A stretch of DNA of 61,989 bases, filler included, from Chiloscyllium plagiosum (taxonomy: Eukaryota), in NCBI RefSeq assembly GCF_004010195.1. It is 4 parts of one record of this genome, joined end to end, with 100 filler letters (N's around TTAATTAATTAA, not from the genome) between each part and the next. Parts side by side here need not be neighbours in the genome. Positions count along the whole stretch, not along the records: positions 1 to 28,672 come from NC_057712.1; 3 more parts are not named here. One strand, given 5' to 3'. This document shows, piece by piece, positions 11,900 to 25,189 of this stretch. How positions within the stretch are numbered: the first letter of the stretch is position 1; every line of letters starts with the position of its first letter. Made by a program: the position numbers and the translations under genes. The notes under the pieces were generated by a model. That model was not told the DNA's origin. It saw only the letters and a program-made list of their open reading frames with translations, and did not search any database.

Positions 11900-12800
11900 T
11901 TGCAGTGAACTAAAGAGGTTAGGGAAAGCAACAAACTTAAGGAAAAAACAAATAATACTGCAAAGATGAGTGATAGGTCAGAATATAAAGAACAACAGAG
12001 ACTGGCTAAAAGATAAATTGGGAGCAAGGAGTTAGAGTATGAGAGGAACCTAACTGGGCATGTAAACATGGACAGAAATATGTAGATAGTTGAAAAGTAA
12101 AAGTATGTAAATTGAGTGTTGGTCCGCTAGAGAGTATTATTGGGGAGATAAAAGTAGGTAATAAGGAAATAGCAGATGAAATGAATGGATCATTTGCTTC
12201 TGTATTCATTATAGAGAATACAAAAATCATTCCGATAACTGTTGTAAGTCAGGAAGTGGAAAGGAGAGGGGAACTTCATAAAATTACAATCATGAGGAAA
12301 GTAGTATGAAGCAAACTGATGGAACTATGGGACTGACCTGATCTGGAGCCAGGTGAACTTCATGCTAGGATCTTAAAGTTGTCGTCAAAAAGGGCAATGC
12401 TGGAAAAACACAGCCAGTCAGGCAGCATCCGAGGAGGTGGAGAGTTGACGTTTCAAGCATAAGCTCTTCATAAAGGAAGTTACTGATGAGTTAGTCGATA
12501 ATATTGTGCTAATTCTCCAACATTTCCTAGATTCAGCAAAGGTTCCATTGGACTAGAATGAAGCAAATATAACCTTTTAATTCAACAAGTGAGGGATGCA
12601 GAGAAATAAGGAATGATAGGATACTTAGGTCAGTGTCTTGTCATGGTAAAGGAATTAAAATTGATTATTGTAGAGAGAGAGCTATACACTTTGAAAAGCT
12701 CAAGATAATCAGGCAAGGTCAGCATCCAAACAGATCAGCCAAGATCTTATTGAATGGAGAAAAGGCTTGAAGATCTTAATGGTCTTTTTCTGCTCTGATT
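11900..12800 (+). mobile_element. Old CR1 LINE fragment with a PLE-terminus piece inserted at about 12385-12474 (-)
   Basis: SVGPLES..GEI..GNKEIADEMN..FASVFIIE. The insert has a decayed HHR, ..ATGAAGAGCTTATGCTTGAAACGTC on minus. Confidence 0.7.
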
Positions 12801-13349
12801 TTGTATGTTTGTGTGGTGATGCTGAGGAATTCTAAATTCTGTGAAAGCTTTAAGAGAAGGAATAAAGCAAATCAGAGACACTGCAATGTCTGATATGATG
12901 CTACATGTGAAGACCATAGGCTTCTGATTTTAACATTAATTCCCAGAACTTTGTCCTCCTCCAGTGAATAAGCTGACACTGATGAATAACCAGATTTGAT
13001 CTGTAAGGTGCTAGAAAGGAAAATTAAAAAAAAACGACAATCTGGCAGCTCACAGAGGGAGCATGCTGGAGATGTGTCAGTCATCTATGAAAGATAGGAT
13101 AATATATTGCTGAGAAAAGACTACCAGAGCTGAAACATCCTATCTACTGTCAAGAAATGAAACGACAGTTTGAGTCTAGTGCTTCCACAGCTCAAGGAGG
13201 CTGCCAGAATCAGAGTGATTGTTTCACGAATCCAACTTATTCAAGGAAGCTGGAAGGATATTCAGAAATGCTTTTCAAGGTGTAGTCAACTGTATCGTTA
13301 AACTCTCGAAGTTTATGAAGCTAAATCTTAAAGCTGATCAATGAAAGTG

Positions 13350-13605
13350 GACATAGAGTTTTCGAGACATGGAAACAGACCCTTCAGTCCAAACAGTCCA
13401 AGCTTACCATAATCCTAAACAAAACTAGTCCTGCATTTGCCTATATCCCTCCAAACATTTCTTATGCATGTACTTATCCAAATGTCTTTTAAACATCGTA
13501 ACTGCACCCTCATCCACCCCCTCCTCTGGAAATTCATTCTACACATGGGCCTCTTTCTGTGTAAAACAAGTTGTTCCTCATAAAACCTTTCTCCTCTCAC
13601 CTTCA
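13350..13605 (-). mobile_element. CR1/HER1-like 3' tail
   Basis: Reverse complement of the CR1 tail (CATGGAAACAGACCCTTCAGTCCAA...TATCCAAATGTCTTTTAAA). Confidence 0.75.
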
Positions 13606-13777
13606 CATGAACAAGAATGAGAGCGTAAATGGGCAAAGTTTCTTTGTTGGACTTGATGTCAGAGAGCTGGAGAGACAGAAAAGAGGAAAAACCAATTTTG
13701 CCATCCATTGTTTAATATTGACAGATAATTTATTTTTATAGTCATTGAGAGTCCAATTTTATCCATACTCTGCCCAG

Positions 13778-14770
13778 TGCTACAATTGAGGCTGGAGAAG
13801 TGAGCAGATGTTGTAGCTGCACTAATCCATAGATTACAACGTAAAATAAAATACATTTTCCAGTAATCAAGATGACCGATTGAATACATTTACATATATT
13901 AGATTTTATACACGATCTATCAGTTTTTTATAAACAAAATAATTGGTTTATTATAAAAATGTAACTTATTCAATAATATTGCAATAATGCGCATTTGTCT
14001 AAATATCCTCAAAACACACAGACATGCATAATCTCTGAGGAAAAGAAAGCAAAAAAATGTTTGCAATGATTGACTTTCTGAAAAACAAATTTAAATTCAT
14101 CAATGCATTATTCTTGAAGGCAAATAATAAAGTGTGGAATGTTCCAGAGTTTGTTGTTCTGATGCTCTATTTGATACAGTCGAGTCATTAATCATATACA
14201 GTTGTTTTTGAAGTCCTACAAACATGGTTTGCTGAGGAAGTACAATCTTGAGATGGTTTTTCAACCATTCTTTCAAAAGCACAAATAGGCGTTGAGAGCT
14301 CTCTGTACAGAAATGAGAGTGATCAGCTGGGCAGCTTGTTCTTAGTAAGGTTTCCTTTAAAAATGCCTTGCTCTTTTACTGAATTCAACCAAACAAGCTC
14401 TTCTCCAAGACAGGCACTGAGCAAATACGCCCCAGCAGGGGTTTATAACAAGGTAAGCAGCTGTCATCAGTCATGTGTCTTGTTAGAAAAAAGTCTCTAA
14501 TGTCAACAGTGACATTTCAATGACTTCTTGTAAAGAAACCACTCCTGGTATTTTCCCAACCTTGAAATAAATCAACACTCAACAATCCTTCCAAATGTAT
14601 GTCCTCCAATCATCTTCATAATAGCCAATTGCAGGAACAGTGCATCCGCCATGTCCTACATAGATGTCAGTGACTGATCTTTCCATTACATTAACAATGA
14701 TGGATCAAACTAAGTTATTTACAAATATTTGGTTGAATACTAATTAAAGTACTGAATTCCTTTCACTACA
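13778..14770 (-). mobile_element. Probable solo LTR (about 1 kb)
   Basis: Minus strand starts TGTAGTGAAAG and ends ..TGTAGCA, with an internal AATAAA near 13960 and U5-like composition. No TSD found. Confidence 0.35.
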
Positions 14771-16344
14771 CACTATGGACATTAAATCTTTTCAACATTA
14801 ACAATATATTTTTATTCAGACCTGTATTTCTGTTTAAACTGGTGCAGTATTAACATGAATGTACAATTTTATGGTCAACTAGAAACCTATTTTTGGAGAC
14901 AGCTGACAAAGCTCATTGTACAATCAAAAATCATCTCCGGAAGGACACATACCAACTGAGCCTTCAACAGTGCTGAGTGATGCAAAATAATATCTTCACC
15001 AGGATTTTAACATCTTAAAGTTAAGTGGTGGAGATTATTTGCATATATTTTCACTTATCTTGAATTCAAGCAACATAGAATAAAAGTTTATATCTATGTA
15101 ACATTTCCAATTTGACACGATATTGAGTGGCATTATAAGAAATATTAATAAATGCAATGATATGGGATAGAATCTTTAAGTACAGTTTTATCTTATCGCA
15201 GTACTGCAGCTATAATTCTCACTTCTCTGTGCTAGGAGCGGGCTTTGCTGCAGTGTAACCAGCCAGTAGTTGCCTGGCTGTTGTGCTGACAGGAATTTTC
15301 TTTTTTGCTTTGTGGACTTGATAGTATGTCCACACACAGAAAGTCACATAGTTAATTATACATCAAGCTCCATGCAGAAGTGACATGGCCAGGGGGTTAT
15401 GGATGGGGGGCTGGGGGGGGTAGTTGTTGGTTGGTCAGGGACAAATCAAGTGGTCTACAATTGGTTGCAATCTTCTCACTTGTATTGGTACAAAGCAAAG
15501 GAAATAGAAAAATAAATGAATGCATGTTCATGTTATAATCATTCTGATGCCCCTGCATACTCTCATCCTGAACAGGAATTCCTTTTCATCTGTACCAATG
15601 AAATAAAGATGTGCATTGAAAGGCTAAGTGAGCTCATTTCATATGGATGCATCAGTCCCACCATAACGCTTCCTTGCTTGTTACTGTTCTGTACTTCAAA
15701 ATAAAAAAAATAGAGTTTAACATCAGAAGTATGAAGGATAAAATGATCGCTAACTCATTTATAGCCAGATGCTAATTAATCAATTACATGCATTTATTTA
15801 AGAAGCAGAATTTTAGTTCAGACTTAATGAATTTTATTAAGGGGTGAGAGAATCAACCACTGTAAATAAGATATTCATCAGAATGGTAATTAAAGGTTCA
15901 GCCTTGGCAATATTACTATTCTATTTCTCATCTTACCAAATGTGGCCATATAATTGAGTTTAAACATTGGGTACAGTCTGTACAACATTCTCTCACTGAT
16001 GTAAAATTTCTGTAAGCTTTATTTTAGTCCATGTATGTGAGTTTACAAACCTGAAAGTCAACACTGTCCAAGAAGCTTTGGGTCACGATGCCTAATTTAA
16101 ACTAATATCAAAGAAACATGTTAACCATCGAAGAGGGCAGGAGTTTAAGAAAACTAATTGAAATCTCTGAGGACTGCACATTTAGTGATTCAAATTTGAC
16201 AGCATGTTTGAGCTAAAATGAGACTTAATAGTATTCTGACAGCCACTAACAAGTAATGTGGGTTTTGCCTCCAATAGGATATTTTACCTGATGCAGCAAT
16301 ACTTATATTATGCCTTGTAATATGAGAAACTAGATTGTAAATAT

Positions 16345-16604
16345 TGTAGGAGTTGGAGAACCCAACAAGCTTTTATAACAACCAGCTATTTTGTACAAAC
16401 ATTGCATTCAAAGCCATATCAGTATCTGGACTAACATTAACTTATTAGTTACAAAAGAGCAGCATGCTTCATGTAATGCTTCTAGTGATCTGAGTTAAGA
16501 TGGAGAAGGTGATTCTTATATCCCTAAGTCGCATGTTATAACACAGTAATGGTATTAAGAGCATGCCAGTGAGAGACATACTGACTTTGAGACATCACAC
16601 AACA
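16345..16604 (-). repeat. 3' LTR of the Gypsy relic
   Basis: Aligns by eye with 25190-25440 (AGCTATT.T.TA.AAACATT.CATTCA; AGAGCAGCAT.CTT; GAGCATG; ATACTGAC). Confidence 0.65.
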
Positions 16605-16607
16605 TAC

Positions 16608-17051
16608 AGGGTCACTGGCTTAGCGCTGGGGCGGCACGGTGGCTAGCACTGCTGCCTTATAGCACCAGGGTCCCAGGTTCGATTCCAGCTCGGGCGACTA
16701 TCTGTGTCAAGTTTGCACATTTTTTATTTGTGGGTGGCACGGTGGCACAGTGGTTAGCACTGCTGCCTCACAGCGCCAGAGACCCGGGTTCAATTCCCGC
16801 CTCAGGCGACTGACTGTGTGGAGTTTGCACGTTCTCCCCGTGTCTGCGTGGGTTTCCTCCGGGTGCTCCGGTTTCCTCCCACAGTCCAAAAATGTGCAGG
16901 GGTCAGGTGAATTGGCCATGCTAAATTGCCCGTAGTGTTAGGTAAGGGGTAAATGTATGGGTGGGTTGCGCTTCGGCGGGGCGGTGTGGACTTGTTGGGC
17001 CGAAGGGCCTGTTTCCACACTGTAAGTAATCTAATCTAATCTAATCTATAC
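16608..17051 (+). mobile_element. Two adjacent HE1-like SINEs (partial 16627-16730, full 16731-17047) at the LTR/PPT junction
   Basis: Two tRNA-like heads, a (TAATC)n tail, and a flanking ATAC duplication at 16604-16607 and 17048-17051. Confidence 0.85.
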
Positions 17052-17759
17052 CTTTCTTCTGGAAATAGAGGTATACAAAAATAAAAACTCAAATAAAAAT
17101 GTACATGGTTTTGCATGTTGTCAGTTTGAGAAATTATCTAAGCATGTAAAAATGTTTACAAACTAATGTTTCAAACTTCAAACAGTGGTCTTGAAGGTTT
17201 GACCACTCATCTTGATCTGGTGATTGTAATGTATCTGGAGAAGTATGTACTGTTCTCTGTTGTTGCACATCCTTCATAATTTAGTTGTCTTGCTGCTGGT
17301 TGCTGTCACTCAATATCACTGCACAATGAGAATTGTTGGAGTGTTTGCCTTCATGCTCTTTGTGCATGATTATGTGGTATATATTGGATTGATTCCAATC
17401 CTTCGCAACATAGCTCTTTAATTGGTGATGACATAGTGTGAGCGGAGTTGGCTGCATATTTTAAAAAGCTTTGGTGGTATCCAAACGTTTGCCTTCTTAA
17501 TGCATGCTTGCTGCCAAGTGAATGGTTTTTTTTATTTGACTCTTCCTTTGAATGATGACGTCCTGTGTACCAAAATGGTTGGACAATTGGTTGCTGGGAA
17601 AGATTATTCGCAATTACCATCTAAGCATAAATTATGGTAATCCATTCTCTACTAGTTTTGCAGAAAAATAAGTGATGTGATATGAAAGTCTTAAGTTGTT
17701 GCAAGATCCTTAATGATCATTGATTTGAAAGTATGTGCACAACAGGGCCAGACACACCA

Positions 17760-18075
17760 AATGGAGGGAGAATGGTTTGCCTTGGTTGTGGAGTGTAGAA
17801 CTGGGGACAAAGCCTCAGACTAAGGAATAGATTATTTAAAATTAAGATGAGAAATAATTTGCTTCATTTAAAGAGTGGTGAAACTCTGGAATTCCCCATC
17901 ACAGAAGACTGTGAAGGCAAAGTCAAAAATTATTTCAAGAAAAAGAAAGTTTTATAGGTTTTAAAGGCATTGTTGGGTATGGGGAGAAATCAGAAATTGA
18001 GATAGAGGATCATCCACGATCATATTGAATGTCTGTCAGGACTAAATCATTTACTATGCATCCTTGTTTCTGTCT
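17760..18075 (+). mobile_element. Old CR1 3' fragment
   Basis: AGAACTGGGGACAAAGCCTCAGA...AGAGTGGTGAAACTCTGGAATTC...GATCATATTGAATG CR1 tail motifs. Confidence 0.65.
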
Positions 18076-18138
18076 TTCTAAGTACAATATGTTCTTCTGG
18101 ACTGTTTTAACAAGAATAATAGAATGATGGTGGATCTT

Positions 18139-18455
18139 GGGCAGCACGGTGGCTCAGTGGTTAGCACTACTGCCTCACAGCACCAGGGTCCAAGGTTCGA
18201 TTCCAGTCTCGGGCAACTGTCTGTGTGGAGTTTGCATATTCTCCACGTGTATGTGTGGGTTTTCTCTGGGTGCTCCGGTTTCCTCTCACAGTCCAAAGAT
18301 GTGCAGGTCAGGTAAATTGGCCATGGTAAATTGCCCATTGTGTTCGGTGCATTAATCAGAGGGAAATGGGTCTGGGTGGGTTACTCTTCGGAGGGTCGGT
18401 GTGGACTTGTTGGGCCAAGAGGGCTGTTCCCACACTGTAGGGAATCTAATCTAAT
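18139..18455 (+). mobile_element. HE1-like SINE
   Basis: A-box, B-box GGTTCGATTCC, core, and AATCTAATCT tail. Confidence 0.9.
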
Positions 18456-18539
18456 ATGGGTCATTCCACACTTACAGTACACATTTTGAAATGGTTTGCC
18501 ATTGTCCAACACCATCCAATCCAAGATACACCAAAATGG

Positions 18540-20770
18540 TGGGGAGGGAACAGTTCCTGCAGAATGCTGTCAAGGGAGGGGTGGAGATGATATGTTTGGT
18601 GATAGCATCTTGCTGAAGGTGGCTAAAATGGCAGAGGACGATCCTTTGAAGACAGAGACTGGTTAGATGGAAAGTGATGATAAGAGGAAATCTCTTATTA
18701 TTCTGGGAGGGAGGGAAAGGAATGAAGGCAGCAATGTAGGAGATGTATTAGACATGACTATCCTATGTTGAGAAGAAAGGAAACCATATTGGAAGCACCT
18801 CTGTGAAAAGTTTAATCATTGGAACAGATTTTTTTCTCTATTCACCCACGAGATGAGGGCATCACTGGCTAGACTAGCATTTATTCCCCATCCTTAATTG
18901 ACCAGATGGCAGTTAAGAGTCAATCATTATGCTGTGGATCTGGAATCCAACGTAGACCAGATTGGGTAAGATTGGCAGTTTCCTTCTCTAAAAGACATGA
19001 GTGAACCAGATGGGTGTTTCTTCACAATCCAGTATATCCCTTACATTTCTGCCTTCACTCCTTCCTCTCCCTCCCAGAATGGATTCATGACCAGCATCAG
19101 ATTCTCAATTCCAGATTTTTAAAATTGAATTCCATCAACTGCAATGGCAGGATTCAAACCCAGATCCCCAGAACATTATCTGAGTCTCTAGGTGAACAGT
19201 CCAGAGATAATCCCATTGGGCCATTACCTCCCACTGTGATTTACATTGAGAAACTGGGACAGTGACAGAGAGTCCTTAGAGAAAGTAATGCATGAGGAAG
19301 TGTAGTCAAGGTAATGGTGGGAGTTAATAGGTCTATAGTGGATATTGGTGGACAGATATGAAAACAGAGAAATTAAAGAAGGGAAGAGTTATTGATGAAC
19401 CAAATTAAGGTGAAGGAATATTGAAAATTGGAAACAAAATGGATGAGAGCCAGGAACAGCACTGACGATGTCATTGGTATAGTAGAACAAAGAAGTTATG
19501 AGTGATGGCCCAAAAAAGACTGGAACAAGGAATGATTCAAATAACCCACAAAGAGACAGGTATGACCGGGACATTTTGCTTAGTGTAAGTGAAATAAGTT
19601 AACAGAGAAATTGTTCAAAGTGAAAGCGAGCTGAGCCAGGTGAAGGAGGGTGGTGGCGAGTGGAAACTGTTCAGGCTGCCTTTTGTGGAAGAAGTAGAGA
19701 GCTTTCAGACAGTCCTGATGTGGAGAGGTTGCATATCCATGGTACAGAGGAGGCAGCTAGGGCCTGAAAACTGGAAATTGTGAAACTGATATAAAGAATC
19801 ACTAATGTAAGTGTGGAGAGGCTGTACAAGGCAGGAGAAAATAGAGCCGGGGAGGAAGAAATGTGTTCAGTAGGGCAGACCAGGTTAACCTCAATGTGTT
19901 TCTGTTTGTTTGTAGATTTTGTCGAAGCAGGCTTTGGGGTGTACTGGGGACAATGAGGTGGGAAGTTTTCAAGGGAACTTTCCAGAATGGATAAAATCAG
20001 TGACAGTCCTAGAAACCGCAACCTGATGGTCAGTGGTAGGATCATGATCCAGAGGATATATGCACTAAGAGTTGGCACTCAGCCTCTGCTATGTAGAGGT
20101 CAATAGGCCAAACAATAGCAGTTCCACCCATATCAGCAGGGTTGGCTACAAAACAAAACCAGGCTCAAAACTGAGAGAATGGGAGGTAGGTGAGCGAGGA
20201 GGGAGACAGGATAAATTTTAAAGGAGCTGAGAAATTCAGGTAGCTGATGTCATGTTGTCAGTTCTCGATGAAGAGATCATGTGTAAATAAGAAGCCAGAG
20301 GCATGAGCCCAGATGGAAGGAGAGTGAAAGATCTTTGGTGCGTGGAATGGACTCCTATCCAAAGAAATGAGCATGGTAATGAAGGCAACAGAAGAAGAGT
20401 TCAATGCCATGTTGTGCCCAGAATTTATTGATGTGGGGACATAGAGAGATAATATTAAGTCCTTTGCTGATCGTTTAGTATCAGAGTGGGAAAGGTCAGT
20501 GGGTACAGTAAATGACTGACAAGAAGTAGGATTAAAAGAAGAGATGGGTTATAAGCAGAAGAGGAATCCAGAGACATGTTGGTACCTGGGAATCTTTGGT
20601 ACTTGTGTTTCTTAACATTTGAAAAGAAGAGAAAGCAATTTCTTGTTAAGGTGCAGAATAAGATGAAGAACGAAATGGAACTGGAGACCAGGACAGCTTT
20701 GAAGTGTTGATGGGCAGAGAAGTGAAGGGATGTGACACAAAGCGCTATGAATGGATGTTGGGAGTTTGCA
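18540..20770 (-). mobile_element. Old degenerate PLE internal region
   Basis: Minus translation shows decayed PLE RT motifs (MSRSY..L, FYYTNDIVSAV resembling YIDD, HYRPINSH.YLDY); purine-rich plus strand like the other PLE copies. Confidence 0.55.
18835..19235 (-). mobile_element. tRNA-headed SINE with LINE-derived tail (not HE1)
   Basis: Minus head ..GGGTTTGAATCC..; homologous to 23655-24010 and shares the tail of 44990-45343. Confidence 0.65.
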
Positions 20771-20774
20771 ACCA

Positions 20775-21962
20775 TAGAAGTCATAGACTCATAAAGCTAT
20801 ACAGCAAGGAAACAGACTCTATGGTCCAACTCATCCATACTGACCAGATATCCTAAATTAATCAAGTCCCATTTGCCAGCTTTGGGCCCATATCCCTCTA
20901 AATCCTTCCTATTCAAACATCCATCCAGATGTCTTTTAAATCTTGTAATCATATCAGCCTCCACCACTTCCTCTGGCAGCTCATTCCACACATGCACCAA
21001 ATCTCTGCAAGAAAAAGTTGTCTTTTAGGTCCCTTTAAAATCTTTCCCCTCTAACCTTAAGCCTTTGCCCTCTAGTTGTAGACTTCCTTCACCCTGGGGA
21101 AAAGCTATTTACCGTATCCATGATCCTCATGATTTTATAAACTTCTATAAAGTCACCTCTCAACCTCTGATATTCCTGGGTGAATAGCACCAGTTTATTC
21201 AGCCTTTCCCTTAGCTCAGACTCTTCAACCCTGGCAACATCCTTGTAAATCTTTTCTGAACCCTTTCAAGTTTCACAATATCCTTCCTATAGCAGGGAGA
21301 TCAGAACTTCACACAGTTCTAATAGTAGCCTACCCAATGTCCTGTACAGCTGCAACATTACCTCCCACTTTCGATACATAATGCACTGACCAAAAATGGC
21401 AAGCATACCAAATGTCTTCTTCACTATCTTATCTACCTGCGAGTCCACTTTCAAGGAACTATGAACCTGCATTCCAAGGTCTCTTTGTTCAGCAACACTC
21501 ACTCGGACTTTACCATTAAGTGTATAAGTCCTTATCTGATTTGACTTTCCAAAATACAGCACATCACATTTGTCCAAATCAAACTCTATCTGCCCCCCCT
21601 TGGCCCATTGGTCCATCTGATCAAGATGTAATCTTGTTCGGTGTGCACTACACCTCCAATTTTGGTGTCATCTGCAAGCTTACTAACCATACTTCCTTTG
21701 TTCGCATCCAAACCACTTATATGAATGATGAAAAACAGTGGACCCAGCACTGATCCTTGTGACACAACACTGGTCACAGACCTCCAGTCGAAAAGCAATC
21801 CTCCACCACCACCCTCTGACTTCTACCCTCAAATCAGTTCTGCATCCAAATGGCTAGTTCTCCCTGTATTCCATGTGATCTAACCTTGCTAACCAGCCTC
21901 TGATAAGGAACCTTGTCAAACGCCATACTGAAATCCGTATAGATCACATCCATTGCTTTGCC
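20775..21962 (-). mobile_element. CR1/HER1-like LINE RT-to-tail fragment
   Basis: SVLGPLFFIIHISGLD..VSKLADDTKIGG; EQRDLGMQVHSSLKV; VWNELPEEVVEA. Confidence 0.9.
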
Positions 21963-23654
21963 TGAAATGAAAAGGAAAGCTTTTTGTTAAATCCTCTCCA
22001 ATTGTTTTCTGAAACTGTCAGGTAACTCTTGTAGTTTTTTTTAATCTTTGGCAGTTGTTGGTTGCGCTGTTTACACTAGCTCTGGTCAAAGTGAAATATC
22101 AACTTTCAGTATCTTCAGTTTAGTAGCCAAGAACATCAAGCCAAGAGAAATATCTTGGTCTTTATTTGTGTCAGACATCATCATCTTGGTAGCTAGTTTG
22201 TATTTCACTTAAAAGTCATACCCTTGCATCGCGACATGTAGATACTGCAATGGTTAGCAGTTTGGAGCAGGTATACAATCTATTTCAATGGTAAATTTTA
22301 TGTTAACTATGTCTGAAATTGCATATTGCCAAATAGCTGATGTCTCATGCTCTATATTGGAACAGTTGGCATGTGCAAGTTTCAAGATTTATGAAGCAAA
22401 AGCAAAAGACTTTTCACCTTGTAGCTGACATGCACCTTGGTTTTTGTAATGCATCTACTTCAAGAATCAGGACTTGCCTTTAGTCATGGTATTGCAGTAA
22501 ACAAGATACTGCTGACAGACCTGCTTGAGAGAGCCGAAAATATATTAGAGATTATCTTGCCATGTATATATCTTTTTCATGAAATTGTCATTGAAAGGCA
22601 TGTATTAGTTAAAAAATACTGAGACAATTTCATGAATTCTCTTTGTCCTGCAGGGTAAACATTTGGTTAACATTTTCAAACATCATGGATTGTGACGGAC
22701 TTTGTAGAATTGATCTAAAGAAGTATATCTAACAGAAGTTGACTTGAAACTTCAGACAGTGAAACACTAATCCTTGCTGTTGTGTTGCAGCCTTCAGTAA
22801 GTGATGGTGTTGTTATGGTCTGCCTTTGTCTTGCACATGACTATGATGTCATCAGGTACGTAAATACAGCTGGGTATATTCTCAACCTTAAAGTTGCCAT
22901 TTTGTCGTATTATACTGGGAACAGGAGTTTGAGCTTGTTGACATATTCAACAACATCATGTGTGGTCTGTTCTGTCACAGTGGTGTATTTTCAATCTCAT
23001 GAATTGTAAGTACATCTCGATCTGTGCCCTGCTCCCCAAGGGAACTCTGTCACTATTGGACCATTGGTATTTATTAGCTAGATGATGTTTGGCATTCAAG
23101 ATGAGTTAGTGTACTTGCACTGCAGTATGATTCTGTCAATGTATGAAATTGATAAACTGTTATACGCAATAAGATATTGCTCTCTCTCATAAACCATACA
23201 ATGGAAAGCCATTTGCTGAGGTACATGTCTTTCAGAATGCAGAGTGGCACTAGCTGTTGTGTTAAGTATAGCCTTTAATGTTGTTCTGCCTTTTCAGGAC
23301 CTCTGATACTCATGATTGCAAAACCTGATACCCTTGACATGGTGTTCAAGGCTAATAATATGGAAAATTTGGTCATTTTCTGAAACTTACTTTTTGCTTG
23401 TTTAATTCTAAACTTGACTGATTTTTTTTTCCCAGTTGTTCACCTTGTAACACTTTCCTTGCTGTCAGTGCTGGGGTATCGCACAATCTTTTTGATGATC
23501 TGTGTTTTATTCTAAACTCTGGCTTGACCTTTAGAACCAGATTTTCCACACTTCTTTGCAGATATCAAGAAAACCTGGACAGTTTTTGTGTAGATATGAC
23601 AAATTACATGTGTAAGAATGTTGTTGGTTTGGCGTGTTTTGCTTTTGCTCTCAT

Positions 23655-24010
23655 TCTTGCATGGGATGTGGGCATCACTGGTGAACCTGGCATTTTTTGC
23701 CCATCCCTAATTGCTCTTGAACTGATAAGAGAGCTGGGCCCTTTCAGAGACCAGTCAAGAGTCAACAGCATTACAGTGGGTCTGGAGTTATATATAGTAT
23801 TGCAGATTTTTTTTCCATAATGGAGATTAGTGAACCAGATTTTTTTTTACAACAATCAACAGACAGATTATCTTTTCTTTCTAGATTTTATTGAATTCAA
23901 ATTTTGCCATCTGACCTGGTGGTTTTGAAACCATAACCCAGGACATTTTGACACTTACTTGGTCTTCAGAATTACTTGCCCTGTGACATGACCACTATGC
24001 CACCACTTCC
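23655..24010 (-). mobile_element. tRNA-headed SINE (same family as 18835-19235)
   Basis: GGATGTGGGCATCACTGG...CCCATCCCTAATTG...GAACCAGAT...ACCACTATGCCACC. Confidence 0.65.
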
Positions 24011-24261
24011 ATGGCCCGTTTCAGCAATAGTGTTGGCTGCACCTGAAGCATGTAATTGTCGCTGGCCTGCCATTATGGCTTTTACACTCAAGTCATGTGT
24101 CAATGATGTGGCCTTTTTTCTTGCTCAGAAGATCCTTCCTAAAGGCTTTAATTAGAATGAGGTGATAACTAATATAATTAACCTCTCTGACAGTTCCTCT
24201 TTGGAAAAGGTACACCCAAGTCCTGCTGCAGCATCTTCTGACAAACTAGTCAATAGGCTCT

Positions 24262-24586
24262 TTTAGTTAGATTAGATTAGATTACATTACAGTATGGAAA
24301 CAGGCCCTTCGGCCCAACAAGTCCACACTGACCCGCCGAAGCGCAACCCACCCATACCCCTACATTTACCCTTTACCTAACACTACAGGCAATTTAGCAT
24401 GGCCAATTCACCTGACCTGCACATCTTTGGACTGTGGGAGGAAACTGGAGCACCCGGAGAAAACCCACGCAGACATGGGGAGAACGTGCAAACTCCACAC
24501 AGTCAGTCGCCTGAGGCAGGAAATGAACCTGGGTCTCTGGCGCTGTGAGGCAGTAGTGCTAACCACTGTGCCACCGTGCCGCCCAC
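24262..24586 (-). mobile_element. Full-length HE1-like SINE inside Gypsy gag
   Basis: Near-identical reverse complement of 10588-10909; (GATTA)n tail. Confidence 0.9.
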
Positions 24587-25189
24587 AGTTCTTATCTGTC
24601 TGACATGAATGGTCTCATCTTGAAGTTAATGCTCACCTTGAGCTGATCTTTAAAAAACTTCTACATTTTTCTTTCTGCATCTTTCTGATCATCAATGGAA
24701 AGACTGAGCATGTTAATTCTATAAAGTTTCTTCTTGATGATAACACTGTTGTAATTTCGAAAAGTAAAAGAACCAACGAAGGTATGGAGCAGATAAGCCC
24801 TCCTATTGTAGATAGCCACTTTTTAGTATTTTAAAGATATAATTTCTCCTATCAGTACTTTAAAAAAAATGGCTCTCAGATTTTGTTTTAAAGGGAGGAA
24901 GAGTGAGGTTGAATGTTCATATTGCTGGTCACTGCCTAGGTACAGATCTGTGTAGCCATCTGTACTCATTGATGTTGCGGATTGTCTGAATTCTCTGACG
25001 TCCATTGCAATTATTCACTGGGTCTTGAACTAGTTTTCCAAATATCTACCACTGAGACCCTGGAGGTTTTTTTTAGATGGTCATTGGTGGTAATCATGAT
25101 TGGAGTTTTGCTAATAGCAGGTCATTTTACTGAATGTAGTCATGCTTATGTTATCGCTCGTAATATAATAAACCAGACTGTGGATATCA

